A stretch of 64,000 bases of DNA from assembly GCA_000165425.1 (NCBI GenBank), contig CT868680.1, forward strand, positions 124,001-188,000, given 5' to 3'. Positions 13,228-25,959 of the stretch are shown one piece after another. The translations under genes were made by a program, and so were the position numbers. The notes beneath the pieces are model-generated. The model searched no databases and was not told where the DNA came from. It worked only from the letters and a program-made list of their open reading frames with translations. Numbering within the stretch: the first letter of the stretch is position 1; each line of letters opens with the position of its first letter. The stretch comes from Paramecium tetraurelia (Eukaryota).

Positions 13228-16161
13228 ATGAAAAAAAAACTTGATTCATAAATCTAAGCTCTTGTTCAATCTGGCATCAATGAACACATTCGTTCAATAT
13301 TTGTGATGATTGGAGATAGAAGCAAATATTAGGTTGCAACAATGCATCAATTGTTAAGCAAACTAAGTATGATTTAAAAGCCAAAAGTATTGTGGTGCTA
13401 CAAGAAAGTAAACATTTGCTAATAAACCTTAAGGATTTGGGATTCACAACTCACAAGAAGAAGCGAGAAACCGAAATTAAGAACCAACAAATGAAGGAAG
13501 AGACCCAATTAAATGAGCCTTTCAATCTATTTCTTTCATCCAATGAAATTAGATACTGTTATTATGCTGAAACTCAAAAGGTTTTGGGAAATACATATAA
13601 CATGTTAATTTTATAAGATTTTGAAGCCTTAACCCCAAACATACTATGCAGAACAGTTGAAACCATTGCTGGTGGTGGAATCATCCTTTTTCTCATTAAG
13701 ACTATGTCATCCCTTAAACAGTTGTATTCTCTGACTATGGACATTCATTCCAGATTGAGAACTCCAAGTTTCAAAGAAGTCTAGCCTAGATTCAACGAGA
13801 GATTCATCATAAGTTTGAGTAGATGCTAGAGATGTCTCTTTGTAGATGATGAATTAAATCTATTGCCAGTCTCCTCGACTGCCTTGGAAAAAATTGAACA
13901 GGGAACTCCTATCAATAGCAATCAAGTTGCTGACTTTGCCTAAACTGTTCCTAATGAAATTGCTTAAAAATTGATCAAAAATTGCAAAACATTAGACTAG
14001 GCCAAGATTATCTTAGGACTCATAGATTCTTTGTAAGAAAAGGTCTTCAGATACACCATATCCATAAGTGCAGCCAGAGGAAGAGGAAAATCAGCTGCAA
14101 TTGGTATGGCTGCTGCAGCTGCTCTCAAATTAGGATTTAGCAATATCTTTGTTACTGCACCATCTCCGGAAAATTTAGTAACTTTCTTTGAATTTCTAAT
14201 TTCGAGTTTGGAGACCTTAGATTTTAGATAGAATCAACACTTTGATGTTATTTAGTCTACAAATCCTGATTTTAATAATGCAGTCATCAGAGTGAATGCC
14301 TACAAAACACATAGACAATTTGTTTAATATATCCAACCTTAAGACTTTGTAAAGGTGGCTAACAATGCTGATTTGGTATTTTGTGACGAAGCAGCTGCAA
14401 TTCCAATTTAATTTGTTAAGTCTATGTTTGGAAGTCACACTTTAGTGCTTTCTAGTACTATCAATGGATATGAGGGAACAGGTCGATCCCTCTCTCTAAA
14501 ATTGCTATAAAAGCTAAGGGAAACCAAACAGACAGGTTAAGCACGATTATTAAAAGAATTATAAATGAATGACCCTATTAGGTATAGCAATAAAGATATT
14601 GTGGAGAAATGGCTTTATGAATTATTGTTATTAGATGCTAGCGATGCACCTAAATTATAAAAAGGATTACCTCATCCCAATGATTGCGAATTGTATTTGT
14701 GCAATAGAGATACTCTATTTTCCTCGTAGAAAACAAGTGAGAAGTTCCTATTCAATTTAATGTCCTTGTTTATATCATCGCATTATAAGAACTCCCCTAA
14801 TGATTTATAATTATTGTCAGATGCACCAGCTCATGCAGTGTTTGTTCTTTTGGGTCCATTACCCACTGATAAGACCATGCCAGACATCTTGTGTGCAGTA
14901 CAAGTATGTTTCGAAGGTGCAATTCCAAAGGATTTAGTTGATTAAGTCACAAATCAATAGAAACCATCAGGAGATTTAATTCCTTGGACTCTAAGTAAGT
15001 ATTATTTGGATAATCAATTCCCTTAATATTCAGGAGTGAGAGTGATTAGAATTGCAACTCATCCAAATGCATAAAAAATGGGTTATGGAAGCAAGGCAAT
15101 GGAATTATTGAATAGATTTTGTAAGGGTGAAATCTTAGATCCCTCTGCTCAATTAATACACATAGACTTCAGAGAATAAGCTACTGCAGAAGATGAAAAG
15201 GATTAATTGATTCAACCTAAGAAAAAGTTACCACCTCTTTTAAAAAAGTTAAGTGAAGTATATCCACCTTAAATTGATTACTTGGGAGTTTCATTTGGAT
15301 TAACTTAAGAGCTTTATAAATTTTGGAGTAAGAATCAATTCAGTCCCGCTTATTTGAGTTTGAGAAAGAACGATACAACAGGGGAATATACTTGTATAGT
15401 GTTGAGACCAGTGAAGGATGAGGGATCTGGGATAGACAATTTATGCAAGGCTTTCAGTAACGATTTCAGAAATAGGTTCATTAATTTATTAGGATATGAT
15501 TTCAAGGATTTGGAACCATATCTTTGTATTGACATCTTGAAGGCTAATGTTACAACAGCTAATGTTGATGAAGACATTGAGATTGCGAAAGATGACAATA
15601 TCATCACAAAGGAAGAACTGAGATAATAATTAAGTTTGAGTGATTATGCTAGATTAGAAAACTATTGTAAGAGTATGGCAGACTTTTATTTAATCTTAGA
15701 TATCTTGCCATCAATTTGCAAGTAATTATATACATTATTTCAATAGAATTTTCTTTGCTTAAAAGTGTGGTAAAGCTATTAGAATGAGCAGAACACAAGC
15801 AGCCTTATTGTTAGGAATGGGATTGCAATATAAGAACATCGAATTGGCAAGTGAGTAAGTAGACAATGCAGTGAATCAATCATTACCTCTTTTCAATAAA
15901 GCTATGAGGAAGATGAGAAACTTCATCAAGATGGTTTTGGATGATGAATAACACTAAAGGACTAAACCTAAATAATAACAACAGTAGCCATCAAAATAAT
16001 CAGTTATCCAATAAAAAAGAGGAAAAGTCAACTATCAAATAGATGGATAAATTGATCAAGAAGAAATTTAATAGAGTCTTCAGACAGGCGATGTCGTAAC
16101 ATTGGGAAGATCTAAAGATTAAGCTTATATTAATTATAAAAAGAAAGTAAAACTAGGATGA
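13228..16161 (+). CDS. NAT10: RNA cytidine acetyltransferase NAT10/Kre33 (960 aa)
   Basis: Motifs RSIFVMIGD, VLWCYKKDLGFTTHKKKR, LQDFEALTPNILCRTVETIAGGG, Walker A AARGRGKSA, DEAAAIP, STINGYEGTGRSLSLKL, SHYKNSPNDLQLLSDAPAH and RIATHPNAQKMGYGS. Introns 13408-13433 and 15722-15746 restore frame. Confidence 0.97.
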
Positions 16162-16251
16162 TTAGTGTGAATGTACAATAAATTATATATATATTAAGAA
16201 TTATCCTTAAATATTATTGATCATTTTTATATTATATTTATAGTCTACCTA

Positions 16252-17830
16252 TCAGTGTTTTGGGATAGTCTTGACTGCGAATTACATGCCATAGTGTTAT
16301 TATTTAGTTTTGATCATAATTAAATATATAATTTTGATTTACTTATACTTAACATTAAATTACTTAAATCTATTTATTTTTGTACCCATATAAATGGCAG
16401 TATTAATATAGTTATAAATACAACAACAATGACAGAGTCTTTTAATCAAAGTTAATTAGATAAATCAATAGAGATGATATATATATTTGCCATGATTAAT
16501 CTCCATTAAATAAATAGACAATTCATATAATAATAATCAATCTTCTTCTTGTATAGACAATCCTTATAGACTAGACTTTATAGCATTCAACTGTTTGGAA
16601 TTGATTTGAGGATTTTTCTCCAGGATAGTTTGACAACGTTTCCAGATCATGAAGGCTGCTTTAGGTCTGTTGAGTAGTTTGTTAGCATTTGCCATTTAAT
16701 TTAAGGAGAACACTAACTTAGAATGTTCTAGACCGCACAATTTCTCATAGATGAATAGGGCATTGGAATGTTATTGTATGGAGGCTTCGTATTTGCCAAT
16801 ATTGAACAAGGCACATCCAAGGTTGTTGTAGGAGAGTGCTTGATACTAATTAAGAGGTCCCAGAAGTACTTAACTGATTTCTCCGATCAATTGAAAGTAA
16901 TACATGGCTTGTTATTCCTGCTTAATTATGATGAGGATACCTTTTTAGAGGAGAGCAAGAGACGTCCCTTTTCATTAATAGAATCTATGGTTTCAAAGTT
17001 GTGCAATCCAAAGGCCTTGATCTTCATCTTATAGGCCTAATCATGATACTTTTATGCTTCTTGCACTAGATTCTAACTAAAATTGATTTTGGCTACAAGT
17101 TCCATGGCTATCGCAATATCAGGATGATCACGTGGCAATAGCATCTCTCTTTGCTGTAAACAACTGACAACTAATTAACATTTGATTTGCATACTCTAAT
17201 GCGAAATCGAGTCCATATTTGCTTCGATCCGTATCCATATAAAGTCTGGCTTTAAGAAATAGGATATTGGTTTTGAGTAGGTCATTCTGGTAGGATGGAT
17301 TGAGCAGACTGGCCAATTGCTCAGCTTGGTTGATGGAGACTTCGGCATCATCGTAAAAGCACCAAGCTCTTTGGGAATTGGCAATATTGATATAGATCTC
17401 GATTTTATAATGAACTAGTGAATTGGGCACCACACTCAAGAGTCTCTTTAACAAATGGATAGAGTCAAGATATCTAATCTATTTAAGAGATAATTGTGTA
17501 CCTGCAGAGCCAGAAATTGATTCTCTAATAGGTGAGGACATTCAATATAAATAGGTTCATGTTTGCAAAACCCTTCAAATGATAGAATGCACATTGCACA
17601 CACTCCTTCGAGATATCCAGCAAGCTCAACTTTAAAGCTACACTCCCATATTCTGTGTAGAAGGCAGCCAGCATTTCGATGTTGCAGGCTCTTGTCTGGA
17701 ATACCTTAAAAGTAGGGTCATAGGCCTCAAGATCAGTCCCTAATTGCTTTAGTTATTCATAGGCTTTTCTGTATTGACCCTTGATGTGCAATTCCTAAAT
17801 TTATTTTAATGATTGTTCCAAAACATTCAT
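16252..17830 (-). CDS. hypothetical alpha-helical (TPR-like) protein
   Basis: MNVLEQSLKQIQELHIKGQYRKAYEQLKQL...; TPR-like helices (IEIYINIANSQRAWCFYDDAEVSINQAEQLA); several short introns; ends AVKTIPKH*. Confidence 0.6.
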
Positions 17831-17863
17831 TTCTTTATAATTAAAATAATGTATTTATAGCAT

Positions 17864-18740
17864 TCATTGTTTAATAATTAAAACATTGTCAATCAATTAG
17901 AAGATGCTCCCTTTGTAAGTGAAATTAATCTCCACACTCAAACCAGGTCCCTTGATTGCCAACTCAATCCCATCATCCAAATATTGCTCAGCGAATCTTT
18001 GCAATTTCCCATAGATAGCAAACTTGAAGGGCAATTCTATACTGGGTTGAGCAAATCCCACATCATATTCCACCTTGTCTATTTCGACTTCTGCATGTGC
18101 CTTCTATAATAATTAAAGATATAATAAAATTTGACTCAATTATTTTTTTTACAAAAAGAAAGGCAAATTCTCCTGTTTGCACAACTTTAGGTTTTCCAAT
18201 AACTTTATGCTGTCCTTTTGAAATTCAGCCTTTTTCCTTGCACTTCCAAATTCATTTGGTAGATAGCAATTAGATATGCTTCCTCACTCAATTTTTCAAA
18301 AGATAAATCACTTTCAATCTATAATTCCACCTCTTCCCTTTCTTACGACCTTTCCATTGTCTCCCGAATGAATTAACAGATCTCCATAAACTCCTACAAC
18401 TCAATTTGATTAGCATATTTAAAAGTGATGTATGCGTAGTGTTCATCTACATGATAACTGAGTGCAAATGTGGGCTTCAAAAAATCTCGAATCTATTTCC
18501 TAACATCGTCTAGATTCTTTATTACACAAACGATGTTAGAATAGTGTAAGTACTCTTACACCTCTCCTTGAATTCACTATCGGCACTCTTCACATCGATG
18601 TCGCTCTTCACCTTTAATTTGATCACTATCTCATAATCTTCACCCTTCGTCTAACTGTACCACAATCTCAAACGCATATTCTTCTCCTTCACTCTCCCTA
18701 AAATTATCTTAAAATCATAGTTGTTTCCCTATTGATACAT
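17864..18740 (-). CDS. hypothetical protein
   Basis: MYQQGNNYDFKIILGRVKEKNMRLRLWYSQ...; code-6 ORF ending IELAIKGPGLSVEINFTYKGSIFQLIDNVLIIKQ*. Confidence 0.65.
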
Positions 18741-18768
18741 TTATTTAATTAACCGATTCACAATTTAA

Positions 18769-20258
18769 ATGAAGGCTTTCCGCTATTAAGTTACTCTCAA
18801 CATCAGCAAAGTAGAGCTCTCTGTTAAATTCCCCTGCACTTTACAAGTGATGTGGAAAAGAGGACTCAACAAATGTTTGACTAGAACCAAAGAAAAAACC
18901 AGAAACATCTTCATAGTTAACGAGGTACTCACACTGGATTTCAATGTTGGTGAAAATACTCAGAAAAAGACTCATCTCATTGCCCTTTTGAATGTTGATG
19001 GACAATCTAAATTGGCTGGCGTTGTTAATTTTAATATTAATGAAACCATGCCCATTGAAGAACAATGCGCACTCGATTTAGAAAGAAGCCCAGATCCAAA
19101 TGCAAAAATCTACTTTACTTATCAAGTCGTCAATCTCGGAGAAACTGACCTCAGTGAAAGTCGTGCCAGTGAGTCATTTCACCAAAAAACCCTTGCAGAT
19201 TCATTTGGGTTTGACAAGGAGAATCTCAATCAAAGGATTCTTAGTCAGAAGAAGTCTTCTACTTAGCAAATCTCCAATTATGAAGCGATATTAACTAAGG
19301 AACTCTATGAAAAGAGTCTCAAAGATCTTGATCAATAAAAAATCAAGAATACCCAACTCCAAGATTAACTCACTCTATTGACAAATGAGAAATCTAATTA
19401 CACAGAAGAACTTAAAAAGTTGAAAACCTAAATTATTTAACTTAAAAACGAAAATGAGTATTTAGAAGAATAGTTTGAATCATAAAAATAAGAAATTATT
19501 AAATTGAAGGAAAATGCACAAAAAATTACCTAATTTTAAGTTTAAAATGAAAAATTGAATCATGAAATTGAAAATTATAAAATTCAAAATTCTGTTTTAG
19601 AAAATAAATATCAATAAACATTCAAAAAGGCTAAACAATTGGAAGAAAAGGTTGAATTTTCACATTTTAATAAAATTGAAAGATCAACCAACACTTAGTT
19701 TCATGAAATCCCAGAATATGTCTAATAAAATACCACAATAGCACAATTAGATGATCAAGTGAAAGAACATGCGAGAAAAAATGATAAATTGACATATGAA
19801 TTGCAATTTACAAGCAATAAGTTAAAAACCTTAGAACAAGAATTATCATAATGTAAATGTTAAGTGGTACAATACTAAACATAATCAAGTCAATTAAAAG
19901 AATAATGCAATCGATATGAAACTGAAAATTCAAAACTGAAGATGTTGATTAAATAATTGGAATAAGATTAAAACAACAAGGATAGAGTATAAAATAAAAG
20001 TTAGACAGAATATCAAAAGTAGGTAGAATCATTAAAAGATCAACTTAAATAGAATTCAGAGAAGGTAATTATTTATTATTTATTATATTTTTTTAGTTAG
20101 AATAAGTAAATGAGAAGTATCGATCAGCCAAGGAGAGAATTCAAAAATAAAATGAAATAATCGAATAACAGAATGATGAACTCACTTTGTAAAACATGAC
20201 ATTTCTTAAGGAGTTATAATTAATTGCAAAAAGGTAGGAATAATTTGGGATTGTTTGA
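18769..20258 (+). CDS. N-terminal C2 (NT-C2, EEIG1/EHBP1-type) domain plus long coiled coil
   Basis: MKAFRYQVTLNISKVEL..LQVMWKRG..NEVLTL..KLAGVVNFNINE..LDLERSPDPNAKIYFT matches the NT-C2 pattern (WKRG), followed by K/E/Q heptads. One intron near 20065-20095. Confidence 0.8.
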
Positions 20259-20309
20259 AATTTTTACTTTTAGTTATTTTTTGTTTTATATATTAATTAT
20301 CCGTTAAAA

Positions 20310-21693
20310 ATGCTTAAAGTCTCTAATAAATCTAGAAAGAATGAGTAATTGGAAACAATCTAAGCCATAGAGAAATGCACAAGTATTAGTAATTGTTGTG
20401 TATGGTAGAAATAATGAAAGAAGATCGTCTATAATTAAGGTAAATGGTCAAGGACGAAAACGTGAAATTAATTGAATTAATAGCCAAACATAAGAAGAAG
20501 AATGATCTAAATGATTTATAATAAGAACTTAGAAAGTTTTTAAAAGAAAAAAAAACATCTCCCGATAAAGTTTAAGGAGCACCCGTTGTGTTGAGAAAAG
20601 TGAAATCTAAGGAGAGATGTGAATGGAATACTTCTATGTGTTCAAATCCTTCAATAAGGTCACCAAGTAGATCAAATTTAGATTTTAAAAAGAAGTCGAA
20701 AGAAGAATCAAATAAAAAAATGGAATCTTAGAAAAAATTGGAGAAACCAGAAAATTTAAAAATAGAATAAAATGAAAATGATGATTTAAAAATATTAGAT
20801 GAAATTCAAGAAGTTAAACCAGAATAATAGGTTCTTATATTCAATACAGCAAATTCAGTAATTGATACTTTTCATGAGGATTTAACTCCAGTCAAAATGG
20901 AATTTTAAACTATTGTTTCTTAGGCTCCCTTGAATTAAAGTGATTAACGAAGTGAATGCATTTTATAATACAATGCTGCTGAAATTTAACATTATATGCA
21001 ATCAGATAAGCATTATGTATCAAAAGAAACTTATAGTTTACCTTAATTGGTTAGTTTGAATTATAAATAAATAGCAGGCCCTGATTATCAATATCTATTC
21101 ACAGATTGGAAGACTCTTCTGAAGCCTGAACAACCAAGATATCATTTGAACGAGTGTTGCTTATTTGATGAACCATAACATTTAGAATAATCAAAATTAA
21201 TAAACTTGAAGACTGATCAATCTCAAATAGTGAAGAGTTTAGAAATACGTGGGGTGACAGCAGAGGAACTATTTACGTATTTGGTTCATCATCGATTTAC
21301 TAAAAGATTGAATTAGTATTAATTAATAGAAAATGCCAAACTTTCTATTCCAAATGCGTAATTAGATTTAGAGTCTTTGTTCAAGTTATCAGATCATGAT
21401 GAGGATGGATGGATTAGTTTGGAAGAGTTGGGTAAAACATTGTAGGATACTTGCATTGAGAAAGAGTAACACATAAATCCGATTAAAGGATTGTATAATA
21501 GATTAAATGGGGTGGTGAATATGGAGAATTTTATGAATGCAATGAATGATCGATTATAGGGAGAAATGTATTAGATTTTATGTATGTATATTTTAGACTT
21601 TATCATGAAATCGATTTGTTTAGCAAGGGTTTCATTACTTATTGGGAGATGTATAATCATTACGAAGAAATTGAAAAGTTACTAAATAAATGA
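20310..21693 (+). CDS. EF-hand domain protein
   Basis: MLKVSNKSRK...; intron near 20383; EF-hand LESLFKLSDHDEDGWISLEELGKTL; ends EEIEKLLNK*. Confidence 0.7.
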
Positions 21694-21711
21694 TAATTTT
21701 AATTATATTTT

Positions 21712-22495
21712 ATGTTAAAGTCACTTTTAAATGGGTTTCTGAGTTTGCATCACCAGAATCATTAATTGCTCTATCAAGATTTATACAAATATTCAACGGA
21801 AACTAATTCATTCAGCAATAATATGTACGTTTTAAGCAACACAAGAAACAAATTGAAATTTTCATTGGTTCTATTGTCAAAAGTAAAATCAGTGCATTTC
21901 TACTTACTAATGTCATTTACAACAATATCTTACTTGTCTTATTATTGGTAGAATATTACATAAGGATATTTAAACTATTTGGAAAGTCGATTGAAAGAGC
22001 AATAAAAGAAATCGGAACCCAAAGTCCCAATCACAGGGTCTTCGATTGTTATTAATGAAGTCCTGAGGAAGGAGAGCATCAATAAAATGTTGGGAGAGCT
22101 GATTGCAAGAATAGATAATAAAGAATCAACTTAACATAATGTAGCCAAATAAATGTGTAAATTGGGCAACCTATCCTTTTTATATGATAAGACCTTTGTA
22201 TTGACTAAGGATCTTTTGATACAATAGGTTTTCAACAATGATGAGATATTTGTGAAATTGAGGGACTTGCTAATTAAAGTATTGAATGATCAAAAGAGCT
22301 TAAGTGGTTACTTTGGTATGTGATTAGCTAAGGACTAATGCGATGGATGTGGCAGTAAAGAATTTAGTAAATTTATACAACCAAGAGGGATTCCAACAGG
22401 GATTGTCGAATGCTTTGATAGGTGCTATGTACACCTACTTAGATGATAGGAGTACTGTTACTGAGTTATTGAAATTATTATAAAACAAGAAGTGA
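21712..22495 (+). CDS. hypothetical protein, possibly with one TM segment (3' end uncertain)
   Basis: MLKSLLNGFLSLHHQNHQLLYQDLYKY..VHFYLLMSFTTISYLSYYW.. is open to TGA 22321-22323. A protein-like frame continues to TGA 22493-22495, but the splice joining them was not resolved. Confidence 0.5.
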
Positions 22496-22601
22496 ACCGC
22501 CGTTTTTTAAATTATAAATATTATTACATACATTTTGTTGTCCTTTTAAACCAAAATTAGAGTATATCAAAATATAATAATTTAAATTTGAAACACAAAA
22601 A

Positions 22602-23697
22602 ATGATCATTTAAAATCAAGAAATGAGCGGCAACACTAAGACCTAAACATTCACTCCCCTATCTAATGTTTAGGCAAGTCAGACAGTTCTAAATCAGAAT
22701 TATTGCGATGAGCCACTTTTGAAACAAAACCCAAATAGATTTGTACTCTTCCCCATAAAATACAATGACATTTGGAACATGTATAAATAACACAAAGCAA
22801 GTTTCTGGACAGCAGAAGAGATAGATTTATATTAGGTACTCTATTTGAGTAATAAAATTTTAGGATCTTAAAGATTGGGAAAAGCTTACAGCTGATGAAA
22901 AGCATTTTATTAAGTATGTCCTAGCCTTTTTTGCAGCCAGTGATGGTATTGTGAATGAAAACTTGGCCTAATAGTTCTGTACAGAAGTTTAAGTGCCTGA
23001 AGCCAGATGCTTTTATGGATTTTAAATAGCAATGGAAAATATACATTCAGAAACTTATTCTCTTTTGATAGACACTTACATAACCGATGAAAATGAAAAG
23101 AACTATCTTCTACATGCAATTGACAATGTGCCTGTTATTCAAAAGAAGGCAATGTGGGCTATGAAATGGATAAATGAGAATGATTCATTTGCTGAGAGAT
23201 TGATTGCCTTTGCTGCTGTTGAAGGCATCTTCTTTTCTGGTTCATTTTGTGCCATATTTTGGATCAAAAAAAGATCATTGATGCCTGGACTCACCTTCTC
23301 AAATGAATTAATTTCAAGGGATGAAGGTCTCCATACAGACTTTGCTTGTCTCCTGTACAAGCATTTAGTTAATAAAATGAGTAATCAAAGAATTCATGAA
23401 ATAATATCATCGGCTGTTGAAATTGAAAAAGAATTCATTAGTGAAGCTCTACCAGTTGAACTTATTGGAATGAATTCCAATTTGATGAAATAATATATTG
23501 AATTTGTAGCAGATAGATTGATATTTGCATTGGGTGCTCCCAAGATTTACAATTCGAAGAATCCTTTTGAGTGGATGGATATGATATCTTTGTAAGGTAA
23601 AACCAATTTCTTCGAAAGAAGAGTGGGAGACTATCAAAAAGCTGGAGTCATGAGTAAAAAATAAGATAAAGTATTTACTATGGATGCAGACTTCTGA
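22602..23697 (+). CDS. RNR2: ribonucleoside-diphosphate reductase small subunit (class Ia R2, 355 aa)
   Basis: Motifs [85 protein letters not shown] and terminal FTMDADF*. One 28-nt intron at 22836-22863. Confidence 0.98.
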
Positions 23698-23751
23698 TTA
23701 ATTAGCACTGATATATTTAATTTTTATTATCAACTTATAATTTTATTTTCA

Positions 23752-24947
23752 ATGTTGTAAAAGTACGTAAAAGAATAATACTATGAAAATTTGAGAAATT
23801 TCAAATATAATGGATAGAATTTCTCTATTTTATACAATTGGATCCTAGGAGATATAGCTTAATTTGTTGTATTACACTAAGATTTATTAATAGGTTGATC
23901 ATATACCTAAGACCGTTGCTCCAAATGTAATTACTATTACTGGATTTTGTACATTGTTATCTAGTTACCTATTGAGTTTATACCTGAATCCCATGTTTGA
24001 TTAGGGTTTACCACAATGGGCTAGTTTGTACATCACTTTGACTATCTTCATTTACTAAACTTTGGATAACGCAGATGGAAAATAAGCAAGAAGAACTTAA
24101 TAATCAACTGCCTTGGGAATGCTCATGGATCATGGAAGTGATTGCACGGCTGCTTGGATTACAGGATAATTGTATCTAAGTGCTTTTAAGATTGCTTTTA
24201 CACCATTTTCGATGTTGACTGCCATAGGAGTTGGATTTGGCGGTTTCTTTTTTGGAGTGTATTGCTAATAACATACTGGAGTATTTTAATTGGGAGTAAT
24301 CAATGGAGTAGATGAAGGTTTGCCTGTTATTTAATTGTTCTTTTTGATAACAGCTTTGAACTCGTCAGATTTTTGGTTAAATTAAATAGAAATATTCAAT
24401 GGAATCAATTTATAATATAATAAAATATTGCTATTGATCACTATCGGAGCATGCACCATCACTATAGCTTAGTTTTGTTATCCAGTATTCAAACTAATGA
24501 ACTGGAATATCATCAAAATCTTGAATAGTCTGCATTTACCAATTGCAGTTGTATTCACCTTCGTCAGTTTAATCTATTTGTCCCCAACAAATGTTTTGTC
24601 TAAATGGTTCCATATATATATGCTCACCGTTGGATTATAATGGTCTAAAATCATAAATATCTGGCAACTAGCTATAATAACCAAAGAAGTACGTTAATAA
24701 TATCTAGATATTTTAGAATTTCAATCAATTTTCATTCACCTGGTTGATTACACTGGGGACAATCATTATAAATTTGTATTCTCATTACTTTACCTCTGAT
24801 GGCTTGTGTTATTTCGATGAAGTTAAGTTGATCTTCACTCTATTAGCCTTTTCCCTTCTATCTTATTTCCATTGTATCACGAGTATAGTGACTCAATTGT
24901 GTGAGATTTTGGACATTCATGCATTTAGTATCAAACAAAAATATTGA
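23752..24947 (+). CDS. choline/ethanolamine phosphotransferase (CDP-alcohol phosphatidyltransferase)
   Basis: LRNFKYNG..IPKTVAPNVITITG..YQTLDNADGKQARRTQQSTALGMLMDHGSD (CDP-AP signature); multi-TM C-terminus ending QLCEILDIHAFSIKQKY*. Confidence 0.92.
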
Positions 24948-24975
24948 ATATTAAATTATAAAATTATAATTAACA

Positions 24976-25879
24976 ATGCTAATCATAGATAAAATTAATG
25001 CTCTTTGGTAAAGCATCACTTTTGGAACCAAATTCGTTCTCTTATCCAGTATATTATGCTGCATCCTCGATGTCCTTACGAATGATATTTTATTTGATCT
25101 CTTTGTAGATGTCCCTAATAAAACATTCAATCAATTCGAATTGTGGAGATTGCTCATTCCATAATTCTTTCATGGTATAAATAAAATCAATTCAAACTCT
25201 AGGCAATGTCTATAATCTAATCATAAGTCTGTTAGGATTTTTGCTTTGTGCCATTGAAGTAGAAAAAAGTTATGGTACCATCCCCTTTTTTTGTGATATA
25301 TTCTTTACGAATCTGATCATACAAGTATTTAAAATTCATAAATAGGCTATTTATGTTTTGTTGTGCTTTTCACTTTAAAAATTAAGCATTGAAGCAATGG
25401 ATTCATAGTCTTTTGGTTTTTGGAATATCACTTTTATTTACATGTTGAATAAGTATGTTCTATCTTGTAATTTAGAGGACTTACAGATTAGGATGATTAT
25501 TAAAAGTTCCTCTGCTTCCCATTTTATATCCCATCAAAATACTACCCTGCTGCATTCTTCTTGATCATGAACTTAATTGAATTCCCTAGATTGGACCTAA
25601 TTGCAGCAACTCTTTTTGCATTTATTGAATATCAATTATTCGATGGCTTCATGATGAAATTATCCAAAGTAACAAATACCTTAATAGAATAAGGGATTCG
25701 TCACAGGAATAGAACACTCCTTCCCATTCAAATACATCTAGTCCCGCCAGGATTTCATAACATGTGACTAAGTTAACCACCCATTTATGTCTGAAGAGGC
25801 TAAAATGTCTCAATATCATTTGGAAATTGGAACCATTTCTACTACAGAAACTAGAGTACAAGATTAACAATAGATTTGA
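24976..25879 (+). CDS. rhomboid-superfamily membrane protein, catalytically inactive (268 aa)
   Basis: Four introns (25175-25202, 25325-25345, 25453-25475, 25669-25693) give 807 nt in frame. Motifs FELWRLLIPQFFHG (rhomboid/Derlin WR motif), EVEKSYGT and FPFYIPSKYYP. No GxSG serine or TM6 histidine. Confidence 0.75.
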
Positions 25880-25959
25880 CACACAATGTTTAAATATATA
25901 TATATTATATACCAATCTATCTATTTAATATACTTAATGTGATATTAATATTCTAATAC

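Noticed and set aside
24931..25320. Two in-frame - strand ORFs separated by one TGA (possible readthrough or selenocysteine)
   Set aside because: The region is fully explained by the + strand rhomboid-like gene with four canonical introns; no SECIS evidence.
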